Origin: Schmidtea nova
Taxonomy: Eukaryota
Length of the DNA: 64,000 nucleotides
Reading direction: 5' to 3'
Assembly (NCBI GenBank): GCA_044892505.1
Contig: CM097882.1
Span: 407,278,001-407,342,000 of the forward strand
How positions within the stretch are numbered: position 1 is the stretch's first letter; the number at the start of each line of letters is the position of its first letter. Shown one piece after another: positions 26,640 through 39,269 of this stretch. Position numbers and translations under genes: made by a program. The notes under the pieces are model-generated. The model did not search any database and had not been told where the DNA came from. It saw only the letters and a list, made by a program, of their open reading frames with translations.

Positions 26640-28190
26640 ATTTTCTGGAAGTTTTTCTAACCAGTTCCTATCATTTGCTTTGGCTCTAATTGCCTGTTTT
26701 AAAGATCTATGTAGTTTTTCGACTTTGCCGTTGAACTGTGGGTTGTATGCTGTTCTGATTTTTTATTTTATATTTTTCGCACAGTCCTTTGAATACATCT
26801 GATTCGAATTGTCTGCCTTGATCGCTGTTGATTGTTTTTGGGCATCCATATCTTGCAAACCAGTTTAGTTCGATGTTTTCGCTGATAGTTTTAGCTGTAA
26901 TTTCATTTATTGGTATTACTTCGAACCAGTTTGTTTTGCGGTCAATCGTTGTTAACAGGTATCTGTAGTTGTTGTTTGGTGGAAGTGGTCCTACTAAATC
27001 CACATGTACTGTCTCGAATGGTTCGGATGTCGGAAAATTTACTTTTGTTGTTTTATTTTTCTGGCAGTGTAAACATGAGTTGACAAATTCTTTGGTGTCT
27101 TTCCTCATGTTTTGCCATACGACTTTTGTGTGCATGAGTTCGTATGTGGCTTTTGTTCCTAGGTGGTATATGTTGTGAAATTGTTTGATGAGTTCGATTC
27201 TGTGGTCCTCAGGCACTATAAGTCTTTTGTTGTTTTCATTGGATATGTCGTACCATATTCCGTCAATCTCTTTTAGCACTAATGAGTTGTGTTTCGGAAA
27301 GTTTTTTATTGCTGTTTCTTGTTTGTTTTTCATTATTTCTTGGTTTATGATCGGAATCATGCTGATTGCGTTTGTTTGAGTTTCAATTCGTGAGAGTGTG
27401 TCGGCACAAATGTTTGCTGCTCCTGCTATGTATTTTAACTCGCAATTGAATTGTGATATGTAATTTAATTGCCGAATTTGCCTTGGTGATGGTTGTTTCA
27501 TGTTGATTGCGTTTACTAGTGGTTTATGGTCAGTATACACTTTGAACTCTTTGCCTTCAAGGAGGTATTGGAAGTGTTTTATTGTGTCGTGTACTGCCAG
27601 CAGTTCTCTGTCAAAAGTGGAGTATCACATTTGGTGTACTTTGAGTTTTTTAGAAAAAATGGGTTGTTATTCATTGTCTTTTTCCTGGTATATTGTGCCT
27701 CCCATCGCTATTCCTGTGCAGTCTGTGTTGATGATGTAAGTTAGGTTTGGGTCGGGGTAGTTTAGTAGGCTAGTGTTTGACAAGTTAAGTTTTGCTTTAT
27801 CGAAAGCCAATTCTAGTTTGTTCCAGTTGATTTTGATATTTCTCTTGGTTTTGTTTTCTTCATTTAGTGGTGCGAGGATTTCGCTGTATTTTGGGATGTG
27901 CTTGTGGTAGAAATTTATCATGCCTAGAAAACGTCTCAATTCCCTTGTTGTTTTAGGAAGTGGAAATTCTTTAATTGCTTTTATTTTGTCATTTAGTGGT
28001 CTTGTTCCGTTTTCGTTTAGGATGTGTCCGAGAAATTTTGCCTCGTGTTTTAAAAATTCACATTTTTTATATTAATCTTTAGCTTGTGGTTGCTGAGGGT
28101 TTCGAGGACTTCTTTGATGTCTTGTAAGTGTTCGTTCCTGTTTGTTGATGCGATCAAGATATTGTCTAAGTATTCCACTGTGTTTCTACC
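26640..28190 (-). pseudogene. Ty3/Gypsy pol fragment (RT C-terminus, RNase H, integrase) from a second element
   Basis: RRFLGMINFYHKHIP; INTDCTGIAMGG; YTDHKPL; FHNIYHLG...CLHCQ zinc finger; VHVDLVGPLP; SDQGRQFES. Confidence 0.92.
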
Positions 28191-28199
28191 TACACTAAT

Positions 28200-29005
28200 T
28201 TCATATCAAATATCAAAAATGCAAAATCTTTTCAGCAAATCGACTCCAATCAAAAATTAAGTTAAAATGAAACCAGTTAAGAACGAAACCAAACCAATTC
28301 AAACAAAATATGATTTACGATCTGTTTCGATGTTTCACAATTATAAATTGTTTTTCCTGGTAATTGAAATCCCATTCAAGTTTTCGTATTCGGTAAAGCT
28401 ACCGACTTCACAATATTCAAATTTAATTGGTCAGCTTTATAAAGAAGATATTGTTGCAATCAGTAAAGTGTTGATAAAAATCAACAAGAAATTATCTTGC
28501 AATGAAACTATATTTATCAATAACAGGAAAACTTACTTTCATGACTCATTCCAATCCGTTGAATTTATGGACTATAAAAATTGGTTTATTTAAATATCGA
28601 TTCAAGGCTATAAAGTAGATCCAAAAGAAGCAGTTTCTCCGATTTGGAAAATCAACAGTACTAGAATCGCTTAATGTATTTTTTAATAAATGTTGATAAT
28701 CAATTCTTGAGTTTTTGAATTTGTTTGTTTTTTAAGTTTTACGAAAAGGTTTTTGAAAAAATTTAAGTTTTTTAAATTTGAAAATTTGACCTTAAAAATT
28801 CCGACTTTGACCTTGAAATGACCTTGACCTCGTAGTTTGTCCTTAAAATGAAAAATAAATTCTATGACTCATCGTGTTTGTGAAAAAAATTACGGGGGTT
28901 TCTCAAAAAAAATAGGGCCTTCCCGGGTCTGCAGCGGTTTTTGATTGACTGTATATACGATATGACGTCATTTTATTTGTTGTGGAATTCACACTTCCTC
29001 CTACT
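28200..29005. mobile_element. Polinton terminal fragment in inverted orientation
   Basis: Ends ACACTTCCTCCTACT (29005); compare ACACTTCTACCTACT at 43927. TGACCTT repeats and TGACTCA/TGACGTCA motifs present. Carries a homologue of ORF 51555-51971 pointing toward the terminus, as in Polinton B. Confidence 0.8.
28267..28674 (+). pseudogene. Conserved Polinton terminal-proximal hypothetical protein (internal stop)
   Basis: Clear similarity to ORF 51555-51971 (EIP..FS..VKL..S.Y..L...KEDI...CNET.FINNRKT.FHD.FQ..EFMD...WF...IQGYK.D....SPIW). Confidence 0.75.
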
Positions 29006-29229
29006 CCCTGGCTTATCAATTCTAATTTGTTAAGCTTCTAATTGTGTAATTAAATTTTCAAATTTTGTCTCAATAAAAAGTTATTTTGAAATTCTATTAA
29101 TTCTCTATCTAAAGTATTAATATACAATCAACTGTTAAAGATTAACTCAAAGTTTCAAATTCAATTTTTTTAAACAGACTTTGATTTCATAGGCCATCGT
29201 AGCTCTTGAAATTAATGATAGTGTCTACT

Positions 29230-29640
29230 GGAAATCATCAACAATTATGCCTCTCATAGTACCTATAGTTGCTACAGCGAGTGCAATATTTTTTTCTCAA
29301 ATTGTGGCAAACAACACATTGATGAGAATTGTTTTTCTGGTTCGATAAAATTTACTTCACCCTCACTCTTGCTGTGGCACCGTAGCACTTCTCGATAAAT
29401 AGCTTGATCTGAATTTAACAATGACTCCTGCTGTAACACGAAATTAAGAAGTAGATCATAGTTATGGGACAATTATCTCAGCATTTCTCTATTCTATGTT
29501 AAGTGCGTCTAATGATGAAAGACTCGTCATGCCAGATTCTAACTAAAATATGCTGATTATCTGTAAGCCAGATCAGTGCCTTGTTGTACGTGCCATCGAT
29601 ATAGTTCAATTTTGTTAAAACCTGGATCCTGATTTTAATT
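29230..29640 (-). pseudogene. Helitron Rep-Hel (PIF1-type helicase) fragment
   Basis: YNKALI...NYD..L...LLNSDQAIY..V....GEVNFI, then after a frameshift GTRKTILINVLFATI*EKNIALAVATIG. This matches the Helitron GTGKTFLIN.LLA..R...IALAVASSG region. Confidence 0.75.
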
Positions 29641-30945
29641 CCAGTATTTAGAGAAAAAATTCAAACACCCTAAAAAATAACAAGTATTTATTTCAATAAA
29701 TATATGAAAATAAGCAAAAACAATTTAAAAATATATAAAATGCATAACACAAAATTTAAAATCAAATATTTAATTTTGTTTTGTAATAATCAAAAAAATG
29801 CCATTAAAATTGAGAGTTTGTCCCACGTTTTTTCATTCAATTGCTATCGAATATTTGTAGAAAAAATCACTGCCGCTGAGAATGTCTTCAGATTCTACAC
29901 TAGTAGATCGTATTAACAAAGGGTAATCTATATTAATTATAAATACTTACCAATTATGTTATTAGTTTCGTGATTGACCACTTAGCAGTTTACCCCGAGC
30001 ATCTCTTGTGTAGCACGATTGTTAATGTACTGACTATCCTGAGTGTAATTTTAACCAGTCGATTCTTGCTTGCATGAAATATACTCGCACGTTTATTTAT
30101 TTAATTTTATATCGATCATTTTTGCATACTTTTATTTTGTGCAAATGTGCTATTTTTATCAATTTGGATTTAAATAATTGAACTAGTAAGTGGTTAAATG
30201 CATCTACCTTAAAAACACACTGGGCAAGTGATCGCATCAACAAGTGTCGCCCGTCCCGCCCCAAAAACTGAGGTTACTAGGACTTGGGCATCGAAAGTTC
30301 GATATTTATAGCGATCATATCTTTGTTAGTCAGTGACAGCCTTCTACCAAAGCACCATTCATAATGTATTTGTTATATGCCTTGAATGTATAGATAAGAC
30401 ATCTTCATAACACTATGATCGAAATTAATTGGTTTATGATCAAAGCATAAATATAGGCATCAGATGGCTCCAACTTATTGGATTACCGTTGTACACCAGA
30501 ACGAGTAGCTTAATATATTATTATTTAAATTAAATTATTTTCTTTCCAGTATTTTAATCTTGTTTGTAATATTGTAACGTTGTCGTTATTGTCGTCATCG
30601 CCAGAATTATTGATATGATCCGTTGGTAATCATAAATCCTTAACCGGCTAAATTTATCTATAATTCTTTTATAAAATAAATTAAAATTATCATTTCCATT
30701 GATATTTCCATGAAGTGATTGTTTATCTTTTATCATTGTTATAAAACTATAAATTAAATTTATGAATTTCAAATTAAATCAAATAAACTTTACCGTTTTA
30801 GAAAATCGAGTCTAGAAAATCCTTGAAAATCCATATTATAACATAATATAATATTATTTAAACATTAACATTATTATATCGAGTTACGGAAGTTTGTATA
30901 ATTTAAATTAATAGGACTTGAACAGCAATCTTTGCCTCTCCTGCC

Positions 30946-30985
30946 TAGCACTGATGAGATTCAAAAGCTCGAAATTAGTCTGCTG
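30946..30985 (+). ncRNA. Minimal type I hammerhead ribozyme, degenerate (copy 1)
   Basis: tagca-CTGATGA-gattcaaaagctc-GAAA-ttag-TC-tgctg. Core boxes present, stem I tagca/tgctg, short near-palindromic stem III. Confidence 0.7.
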
Positions 30986-31327
30986 TTGGGGTTTTGCACT
31001 TGGTATCACAAAACTTAACTTTTATTAATGGTTTTTAAACAAACAGTTATTCGACAAATTAAAAAATAATATTTCAATTGATTGGAGTAATAAATAAAGC
31101 TAAGGCAGTCGGGTGCACTTGTAAACAGTTTATTTGTATTAAACTTATTACTATTACAGAGGCGAATATTAGATTGATACGCTATGTTTGTAAGTTTGCA
31201 GATAATCAATAAGACCTTGCATTTACAAGTGATTTGATATTCAGTGTACCAGGAAAAGTATTCAATAAAGTTGTTTCAACTGTGCTAGAGTTATCTGGTC
31301 TGAAGAGCGATCTTCGCGCCTCCTGCA

Positions 31328-31366
31328 TAGCAATGATGAAATCAGAAAGCTCGAAACCAGTCTGCA
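31328..31366 (+). ncRNA. Minimal type I hammerhead ribozyme, degenerate (copy 2)
   Basis: tagca-aTGATGA-aatcagaaagctc-GAAA-ccag-TC-tgca, 382 bp downstream of copy 1 within a repeated flank. Confidence 0.55.
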
Positions 31367-32416
31367 TTTATGGTTTTGCACTGGTTATCACAAAGCTTTA
31401 CCTTTTATTAAATAATAACTTGAATAAATTTTATACTGTATGTTAAAATTTACTGTAAACTTTATAATTTATAATTTACTTTAAAATTTAGCTTATAATT
31501 TATGTTAATATTTAAAATTTGCTTTAATATTTTACATTATAATTTAATTTAAGTTTTTATATCATTTTTAGGCTAGAGTTTTATATAAATAATATCAAAT
31601 TATGTTAATAATAGAAAAAGGTTCAGAAGTATTATAATCAAAATAAATAAGTAATATACGTAAGAAATTTAGCATGGACTTCTCCACAAGGTTAGAAAAA
31701 TTTCACCATACCAACACAGCATCTTATACTGAAAAACATGATCAAATTTGCATAGAAAAAATCGTTTCAATTCATTTACTTCTCGACTGTTATTTTAAAA
31801 ACAGAAGAATTTTATATAAAATAATGCAATTCCTTATTGTGATTTTTATATATATTTTTTTTATATATTTTTCAATATTTTGAATTATAGAATGGATTTA
31901 TAAAATTGCGATTGTTTTACGGGATAATCCTTTTCTCAGTCTTATTTCTGTGTGTTTTTATCTATATCTGGAATGCTTTATCGGATGATACACAGAAAAG
32001 CGATAAATCCTCAGAACATTTAGATGATTATGCCAACAATTTACTTTTGCAAACATAAATACAATAACAACAAAAACAATAATAATAATATTTTATAATA
32101 TTTATAACAACCATAATAATAATAACAATAATAATGATAATTTAATTANNNNNNNNNNNNNNNNNNNNNNNNNNNNNNNNNNNNNNNNNNNNNNNNNNNN
32201 NNNNNNNNNNNNNNNNNNNNNNNNNNNNNNNNNNNNNNNNNNNNNNNNNNNNNNNNNNNNNNNNNNNNNNNNNNNNNNNNNNNNNNNNNNNNNNNNNNCA
32301 TAAAAATATATAAAAAATTTCACCTTTGATCTTTTTTCTCTTTCAATTATTATTAGTTTATCAGACTGATCAAATAAAGGTATTTTTCTCGGGTTCAACT
32401 TTTCAATCTTCAATCA

Positions 32417-32953
32417 TCAATCAATGAACAATATTCTATTCCGAATTTCTTCTATATCCATTTTCTTCCGAATAAACGACAATTTTCTCTTTAACATTTC
32501 CTTTGTTATTTGTAGGAGTTCAGGATTTTCTTTCTGCATGGACTCCTCGCTGGGTGCATCATCAAATTCGTTTTTGATCCTTGTTTCCACTACAATTGTG
32601 GCATCCTCGTTTGCTGCTCGTAATATTTTTCCGATTGCTGGCTCCTTGATTTTCCATGACGAAAGTTTTTTGATCTCCCACCATATTTGATCATTTTCGC
32701 CGAGAATTTCCACCGTTCCTTTGATTATGTGGATATAGTATTCCTCTTTATTTGATATTTTTATTTCCTTTGTCATTTGGAATTTTGATCTGCCGATAGT
32801 GAATACTTGGACTTTCATTTTTCTGTCGTTCAACTTTAGATAATTTGGGATTTGTAAATTGTTGACCATCTGGAATCTTCTTTGGCCGGCATGATTTCTC
32901 ATCATCTTCAGATAACTGTCGTACGTTTCTTTGGCCCATTGTATCTGCTCCAT
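32417..32953 (-). CDS. Hypothetical 178-aa protein, probably TE-borne
   Basis: Open ORF with protein-like composition. Upstream minus-strand TATATAA (about 33160) and CCAAT box (about 33220). Confidence 0.5.
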   Translation of the reverse strand: MEQIQWAKETYDSYLKMMRNHAGQRRFQMVNNLQIPNYLKLNDRKMKVQVFTIGRSKFQMTKEIKISNKEEYYIHIIKGTVEILGENDQIWWEIKKLSSWKIKEPAIGKILRAANEDATIVVETRIKNEFDDAPSEESMQKENPELLQITKEMLKRKLSFIRKKMDIEEIRNRILFID

Positions 32954-33688
32954 TTTTACTAAAAAGTTAATAATTTAAATTTGAGTTAATTTAATTTTGA
33001 CGCTAGGACTAAGATGGAGTACCCAAAGGATACTTTCTTAGTCGGTAGCGGTATAAATAAAAATATAAAATTACCGATTTAATTGAAGTTTTCTTAATTC
33101 TTTGAAATTTTAATTTTGTTTAAACTTGTTTTAAGTTTTATGATGTCTGAGTTTGTCTTATATACCCCCCCTTTTGATTTTTCTATCCCTTTTCTACCCC
33201 CTCACTCTCTTAGTATTAACCAATCAAATTAATTTCCCACTTTCCTCGTGCCGAAGAGTGCAGATTCACATGAAACAATTTAAAAGAAAATGTCACTAGA
33301 TACTAAACAATTAATCTACTATAATTGCATGCAAATAATTGTATCTCACTATACAAACGTCTCCTCGTAATCGATCCAAGGTCTCGGGGTCTCGGATTGA
33401 TTCGTAGAATGTCTTTCAGTTTTTCGAATTTCAAAGATGATGACCGATATGAGAATAATGACAAATATTGTTATAATGATAATTGTTATTAATAATGTTA
33501 CACAGAAATTCGTTTTCCGTAGATGAAGATGATATAGTTTTATTACTTAGGTTTAGAAGAATTAGGTTAGAAGAATGGGTATTCTTCAGTCGTTTCCTAA
33601 TTACGTCATTGATGATTTACTCGCTATTTTAATTAGAGTCGTTAGAGGTAAAATGAATCTAACTCCATCTAATCGTCGGGTTTTGATA

Positions 33689-34345
33689 ATCTTGATGAAG
33701 CAAAACGAATGGGAAGTAATAAACTGACAATGACATGTAATGAAGAAGAATGTGAATTCAATGTTTTGCAAAAAATTGGTAGTAAAGAAGAAGAAATATT
33801 TACTTTTAATATATCTTATAATATAGAAGAACAACATGTATTCACATTCAATGATGACTTGTATATAACGCAACTAGATGAATTACAGAAATATGTTTCC
33901 GATAATTGTTCGGATATTTTACTATTGTTGAATTAAATAAATTGTTCAAATTCAAACTCAAAGAAAACATTACTCAAGTGAAATTTGATAAATACCTGGT
34001 CAATACATTGGGATTAGTTACGGATACATTTAGCGGTAAAAATATCGTTTCTGGTATTCGTCAACCGAAATTAACTAAACTTCATCAGCAATTATTCATA
34101 TACACTAACATTATCGAATCGTTAAATGTTGGTGATTCTTTGGTTCCTTTACTAAAATCGGTATGGATAGAAAAATACGAGCAAGATGATTGTTCAAATA
34201 CAAGTAGAAAATCCAATGTATTTATCGCTTTCGAATTCATGTATAAACAATATAGAAATAAATATCAGGGATGATAGTGGAAGATTAATAAACTTTCCAA
34301 AAGATTCAAAATCTCATTTAACTCTACATTTTCGAAAAAACGATG
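33689..34345 (+). pseudogene. Polinton minor capsid (penton), 3' part, frameshifted
   Basis: Near-identical to the C-terminal two thirds of ORF 56162-57205 (LFIYTNIIE...VGDSLVPLLK). Confidence 0.88.
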
Positions 34346-34723
34346 AGTAATCCGGATATAGTTTCTTTGTACAGTAATAGCCAAACTGGTGGCGAATTAC
34401 CGTATTTTTTAGGTAAACAGTATGGATCAGGTTGGTTGAAAACTATTGGTAGATTTGCACTTCCAATACTTAAGCGATTAGGTAGTTTTGGATTCAATAC
34501 TGCCAAGGATGTTATCATGAAAGATAATAAACTATTACCATCATTGAAAACAAATGATTTGGCCGCAGTTAATAAAGCTATACCTGCTGTAACACAAATG
34601 ATTCCTTCAATTACAAATATGTTTAGAAAAAATAAACCGGAACCTGTACCAGTAGGACCAAGACGTAAACGAAGACGTATAAACAAACGAATGAAAGGTC
34701 ATGGAACTATATTTGAAGAATGA
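34343..34723 (+). CDS. Polinton basic core-like protein with adenain-type sites
   Basis: QTGGELPYF, QYGSGW and an Arg-rich C-terminus. Paralogue at 57198-57581. Confidence 0.8.
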   Translation: MSNPDIVSLYSNSQTGGELPYFLGKQYGSGWLKTIGRFALPILKRLGSFGFNTAKDVIMKDNKLLPSLKTNDLAAVNKAIPAVTQMIPSITNMFRKNKPEPVPVGPRRKRRRINKRMKGHGTIFEE

Positions 34724-35940
34724 TTTGCGGTAAAACTGAATTATGTCTTTTTGATCGACCATCACCTCAAGCAGTTATTGAATATGGGGCGTTTGAAGAT
34801 GTGTTTCCAATGAATTCTATTACAGATAGTAGAAATGATGTTGAATTTTACATTAATGGTTCACAAACCGAATATTTGGATTTGAACGATACGTTATTAT
34901 CTGTTACGGTCAAAGTTGTAGATAAAGATAAAAAACCTCTAGTTGATGCGAGTGATGTAGTACCTAATAATTATCTGTTTCATACACTTTTCAAAGATGT
35001 AATTCTTGGATTTATTAATATAAAAATCGAGGGTGGAAACAATACTTATGCACACAAGGCAATAATCGAAACTATTTTAAATTATACGAATGATTCAAAA
35101 GAAACTTGTCTTACTCCAATGGGATATGGTGCAAGTGACGATAGAAAAAAGTGGATCAAGGGATCTAAACTTTTAAACATGTGTTCATCATTACAACTTG
35201 ATTTTATGGATCAACCTAAATACTTACTTCCCGGAGTTAACGTACATATTAGATTGAAGCGATCTGATTCTGCATTATCATTGAAATCGACAGCTGGGAA
35301 ACCAACACTCCAATTTTTAGACGCTAAATTAATGGTTCGAAGAGTTCGATGTGAATCTTCAGTTTTGGTCGGTCATCAAATTGGTTTAAATAACAAACAT
35401 GCAATTTATCCGATTAAATCCAAAGAAATCGTATCGTTTGCTATCGGGAAAGGGGCATAATCATTTTACAAGGAGCTAATATTTGGAGATAGAAGAATGC
35501 CTAATTTCATTCTTGTGGCTTTTCAAACTGAAAATCAATATAACGGATCATATGTTGAATCTTCATCTACATTCAAACACTTTAATGTAACTTCATTATC
35601 ATTGTCGAAAAATACCGATTATCGAGAAACTTATACTCAAGATTTTGAAAATGATAATTTTAGTGCCACATATATGCAAAGTCTTGTCCGAAATTTAGGA
35701 TATTTGGATAAAAACTTGAATTGTGGTATAAGTCTGGATGAATCTAAAGCAAAATATCCATTCTTTACATTTGTTCTGGCACCCGATTTTGATTTGAATC
35801 AAAGTCAAATCCCTCAAAACGGTAATTTAAGGCTAGATATAAAGTTTGCAAAACCCATTGAGGAACCAGTTCATGTAATTATATATGGATTGTTTGAAAA
35901 TGAAGTACAAATTACTGCCAATCGAACAGTATTAGTTTGA
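34720..35940 (+). pseudogene. Polinton major capsid protein (double jelly roll), one nonsense codon
   Basis: ELCLFD, VEFYI.G...YLDL.DT.L, LFKDV, QPKYLLPGV, GNLRLDIKFA. TAA at 35458-60 where copy B has TCG. Confidence 0.9.
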
Positions 35941-36029
35941 ACAGAGCTCAAACAGCACTGGTCTGAGCTCACATATTATTAGTTTGAGCAGTATAAATAA
36001 CCAAAGTTATTATACTTATTATTATAATT

Positions 36030-36407
36030 ATGGAGTAAGATTTTTAATTGAATAATTATTTATTTTTAATTTGTTCTATTCAGGTATTACAACAAGGTAA
36101 AAAACTATTGGGAAACCAATTTATTGGAGTTTTTCCGTTCGATAAAATACCTTATTTGAAAATGAATCAAGCCATCATTGTAAATACTCACACTTCTACT
36201 TTGGGCGGTGAACATTGGATTGCTGTTTACGCGAAACCGGATCGAATACATGTATTTGATCCCTTTGGATATTATTATCCAAATTTACTTGTTCGAAAAT
36301 TGCAAACTATTGGTAAACCTATTGTGTATAATAGAATTCGGTATCAACATCCATTAACAATCACTTGGGGACAACATTGCCTTTTATGGCTAAAATCAAT
36401 GTTATAA
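36030..36407 (+). pseudogene. Adenain-type cysteine protease, catalytic Cys replaced by Trp
   Basis: IIVNT...GGEHWIAVY...FDPFG...YQHPLTITWGQHCL, where CGQHC is expected. Probable short intron at 36035-36083. Confidence 0.88.
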
Positions 36408-36438
36408 ACAATTTAGTTAAATAAATTTTATTGTAAAA

Positions 36439-36840
36439 ATGACTTGTTATTTTATTGATATTTATGGATATTATGAAATGGGTGGAACAACAATTAAGGA
36501 ATTATGTATTATGAATGTAAATAGTATTTTCACACCTCAGTATTATATATACAGTGATTTATCTTTCTGGCCTGATCGTTTAGAATGGTTTTAAGGACAA
36601 GATTATTTTTGCCCAAAATGTATTATGGATGATATTATAGATAAAGGAGCTATTTTCTATGTTACAGATAATGAAAAGTTGCAAGTTTTGAAGAAGTATT
36701 TCCCGAAATTAAGATTAATTAAATATAATTATAAAGAAGTTGAATATGTTCCAGAAAACATCTCATGTCCCTATAAAGATCATTGTATGTGTGCCTATAA
36801 AGGGTGCTTGTCTGGTGTTGTAGATTATTTGAAACAATAA
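36439..36840 (+). pseudogene. Small Polinton gene, possible DEDD-exonuclease-like N-terminus
   Basis: MTCYFIDIYGYYEMGGTTIKELCI continues in frame through one stop into ORF 36625-36840 (C..KDH..CA). Confidence 0.45.
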
Positions 36841-37452
36841 ATGTATTATTTTATGTTTCGGGTTTTATTATTATTAATATTATTAATATTTTTATTAACT
36901 TGCAGAATTAACATCCAATTTGCAGATTAACATCCATCTAGCTATATCTTTCGATAATCATAAAGAAATTGCATGCAGACACGCTTGCAGACATTCAATT
37001 ATTTCACATATAATTTTATTTGGGTGTATTCACATCTGCGTCCACACCCATAAGATATTATATATACACATTAGTCACGTAGTGTCTTTGTAACATTGCA
37101 TCGAACATGCATCGTGCAATATAACAAAGACATGACTCATACTTGGTGAGTGAATTGTTAACACACATACTTGGTGAGTGATTTTTAACACACATACTCA
37201 GTGCATGATCAGTGCGTGATAAACACATGTGATATCATGTCTTTGTCGCGATACAAAGCAAGTATCGTGACGTCAAACACATAAACAAAGGTGCATATGC
37301 AGTATGTATGTATGTATTTCTCTATCCTATCTCGATTCTGTTTGGTCGGTTAATAAAAGTCAGCTTTATATAGTATATACTTGCATTATTTCATCACTTT
37401 TTACTTACAAAATTTATATTGAAGTTTTAAAAATCACTTTATCAACTTAATA

Positions 37453-37810
37453 ATGAATAATATTAATTTAAATTCAACAAGAAGAATCATCGGAGGATTA
37501 AACAGTAAATTTATTATTTTTTAATTGATTATTATTATTTGCTTTTTTATAGACGTTAATTTATCAAATAATATTGCAGGATCTTCGTCAAACGGATTAT
37601 TAAATCAAAATAGAATTATTGGTAAAATTAATAATTCTTTATTTTTTCTTAATAAAAATTTTGTTTTTAGAAAATAATAATATGAATGCCGGTTATACCG
37701 AAAATAATCAAAATGCGATGAATTTCAATGCCCTGAATGTGACGTCTTTCGATGTCTCAAATATGACGACTTTTGATGTCCGATGCAGAGTTTTAATAAC
37801 TCTAGAAAAT
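37453..37810 (+). CDS. Spliced small Asn-rich Polinton gene (at least 3 exons)
   Basis: ATG 37453. Introns 37505-37552 (48 nt) and 37622-37670 (49 nt) are both GT-AG and keep the frame open. TATA-like motif at about 37365. Confidence 0.6.
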
Positions 37811-38106
37811 GTAATTTTTGTTTATTTTTATATGATGAACATATTTTTTAAATATTTTTTATGTTTTATAAATTAATGATCATATTTTTATGAATAAAAT
37901 ATTGTTTTTTAATAAATGATGATAATTTATGAAGAAAATTATGATGATCAAATTATGATATTTTATGAAGATGAAAATTATAAAGAAAATTATGATGATG
38001 AAAAATTATGATATTTTATGAAGAAAATTATAATGATGAAAATTATGTATAACAAGAAATCTTTATTATTTTGAAAAAGATGACAATAATGATAAAAATT
38101 ATGAAT

Positions 38107-38340
38107 AATGAAACCTTTTTTATTTTGAAAATGATGATATTTTATTACTTAATGAAACCTTTATTATTTTGAAAATGATGATATTTTATTACTTAATGAA
38201 ACCTTTATTATTTTGAAAATGATGATATTTTATTACTTAATGAAACCTTTATTATTTTGAAAATGATGATATTTTATTATTTTGAAAATGATGATATTTT
38301 ATTACTTTTTTAAACCTTTATTATTTTGAAAATGATGACA
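38107..38340. repeat. 44-bp tandem repeat, about 5 copies
   Basis: Unit aatgaaacctttattattttgaaaatgatgatattttattactt. Confidence 0.85.
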
Positions 38341-39269
38341 ATAAAAAATAATGATAAAAATAATGATATTTTATGACCATAAAAAAATAATGATGAAAAT
38401 TATAATATTTTTATACTGAAAAAATTGTTTGCTATTATTAATATGATTTTTATGATAAATATACCTTTAACATATTAAGTAATATATTTCAATTACTTAA
38501 TATGCTAAATGTTAAAATAATAATAAATATGATAATCTTTAATATAATATGTAATATTTTTATAACTATAACAAATTAAGTTAAAGAAAAAACATTTTTA
38601 ATTATTTTTAGCCATTTTATTTAAATTTTATTTAATATTCAGGTTTATTATATTTCAATTTTTGTAATAGTCGTTTCTATAATGATTGTCATATCATTAT
38701 GGAAAAATACTATTCATACAAATATAATGGTGTCACCCACCTACTATACCCAAAATGTAAAATTATAGAAACTACTTCTTATAACGAATTTTTTCACCAT
38801 CTTACCCAATATATGCCTTCTAAGAAATCTCTTTTTAATAGTTTATACCAAAACTATATCTCTAATAATAACTTTAATCCAAATAATAATCTTAACAATA
38901 ACAACAACCTTAATAATTCCAACAATAACAACTATCTTAATAATTCCAACAATAATAATAATTTACAAAATAATAATAATTACAACAATAACAACAATAT
39001 TAATAATTTACAAAATAATAAGAGAAAAAATACACATAATAGATTCAACTCCTAATTAAATAATAATAATCGACATCAGTGATGATGAAGATTTAAATAA
39101 TAATAATAATAATATTGATATTATAACCATCAGTGATGATTAAGATATTTATTATAATAATAGTAGTAATATTGATATTATATCCACCATTGATGATGAA
39201 GAAATAACCATCATCAATGATGATGAATTTTCAGATATAATTAATATTATAAATAATAATCAAATTGGC

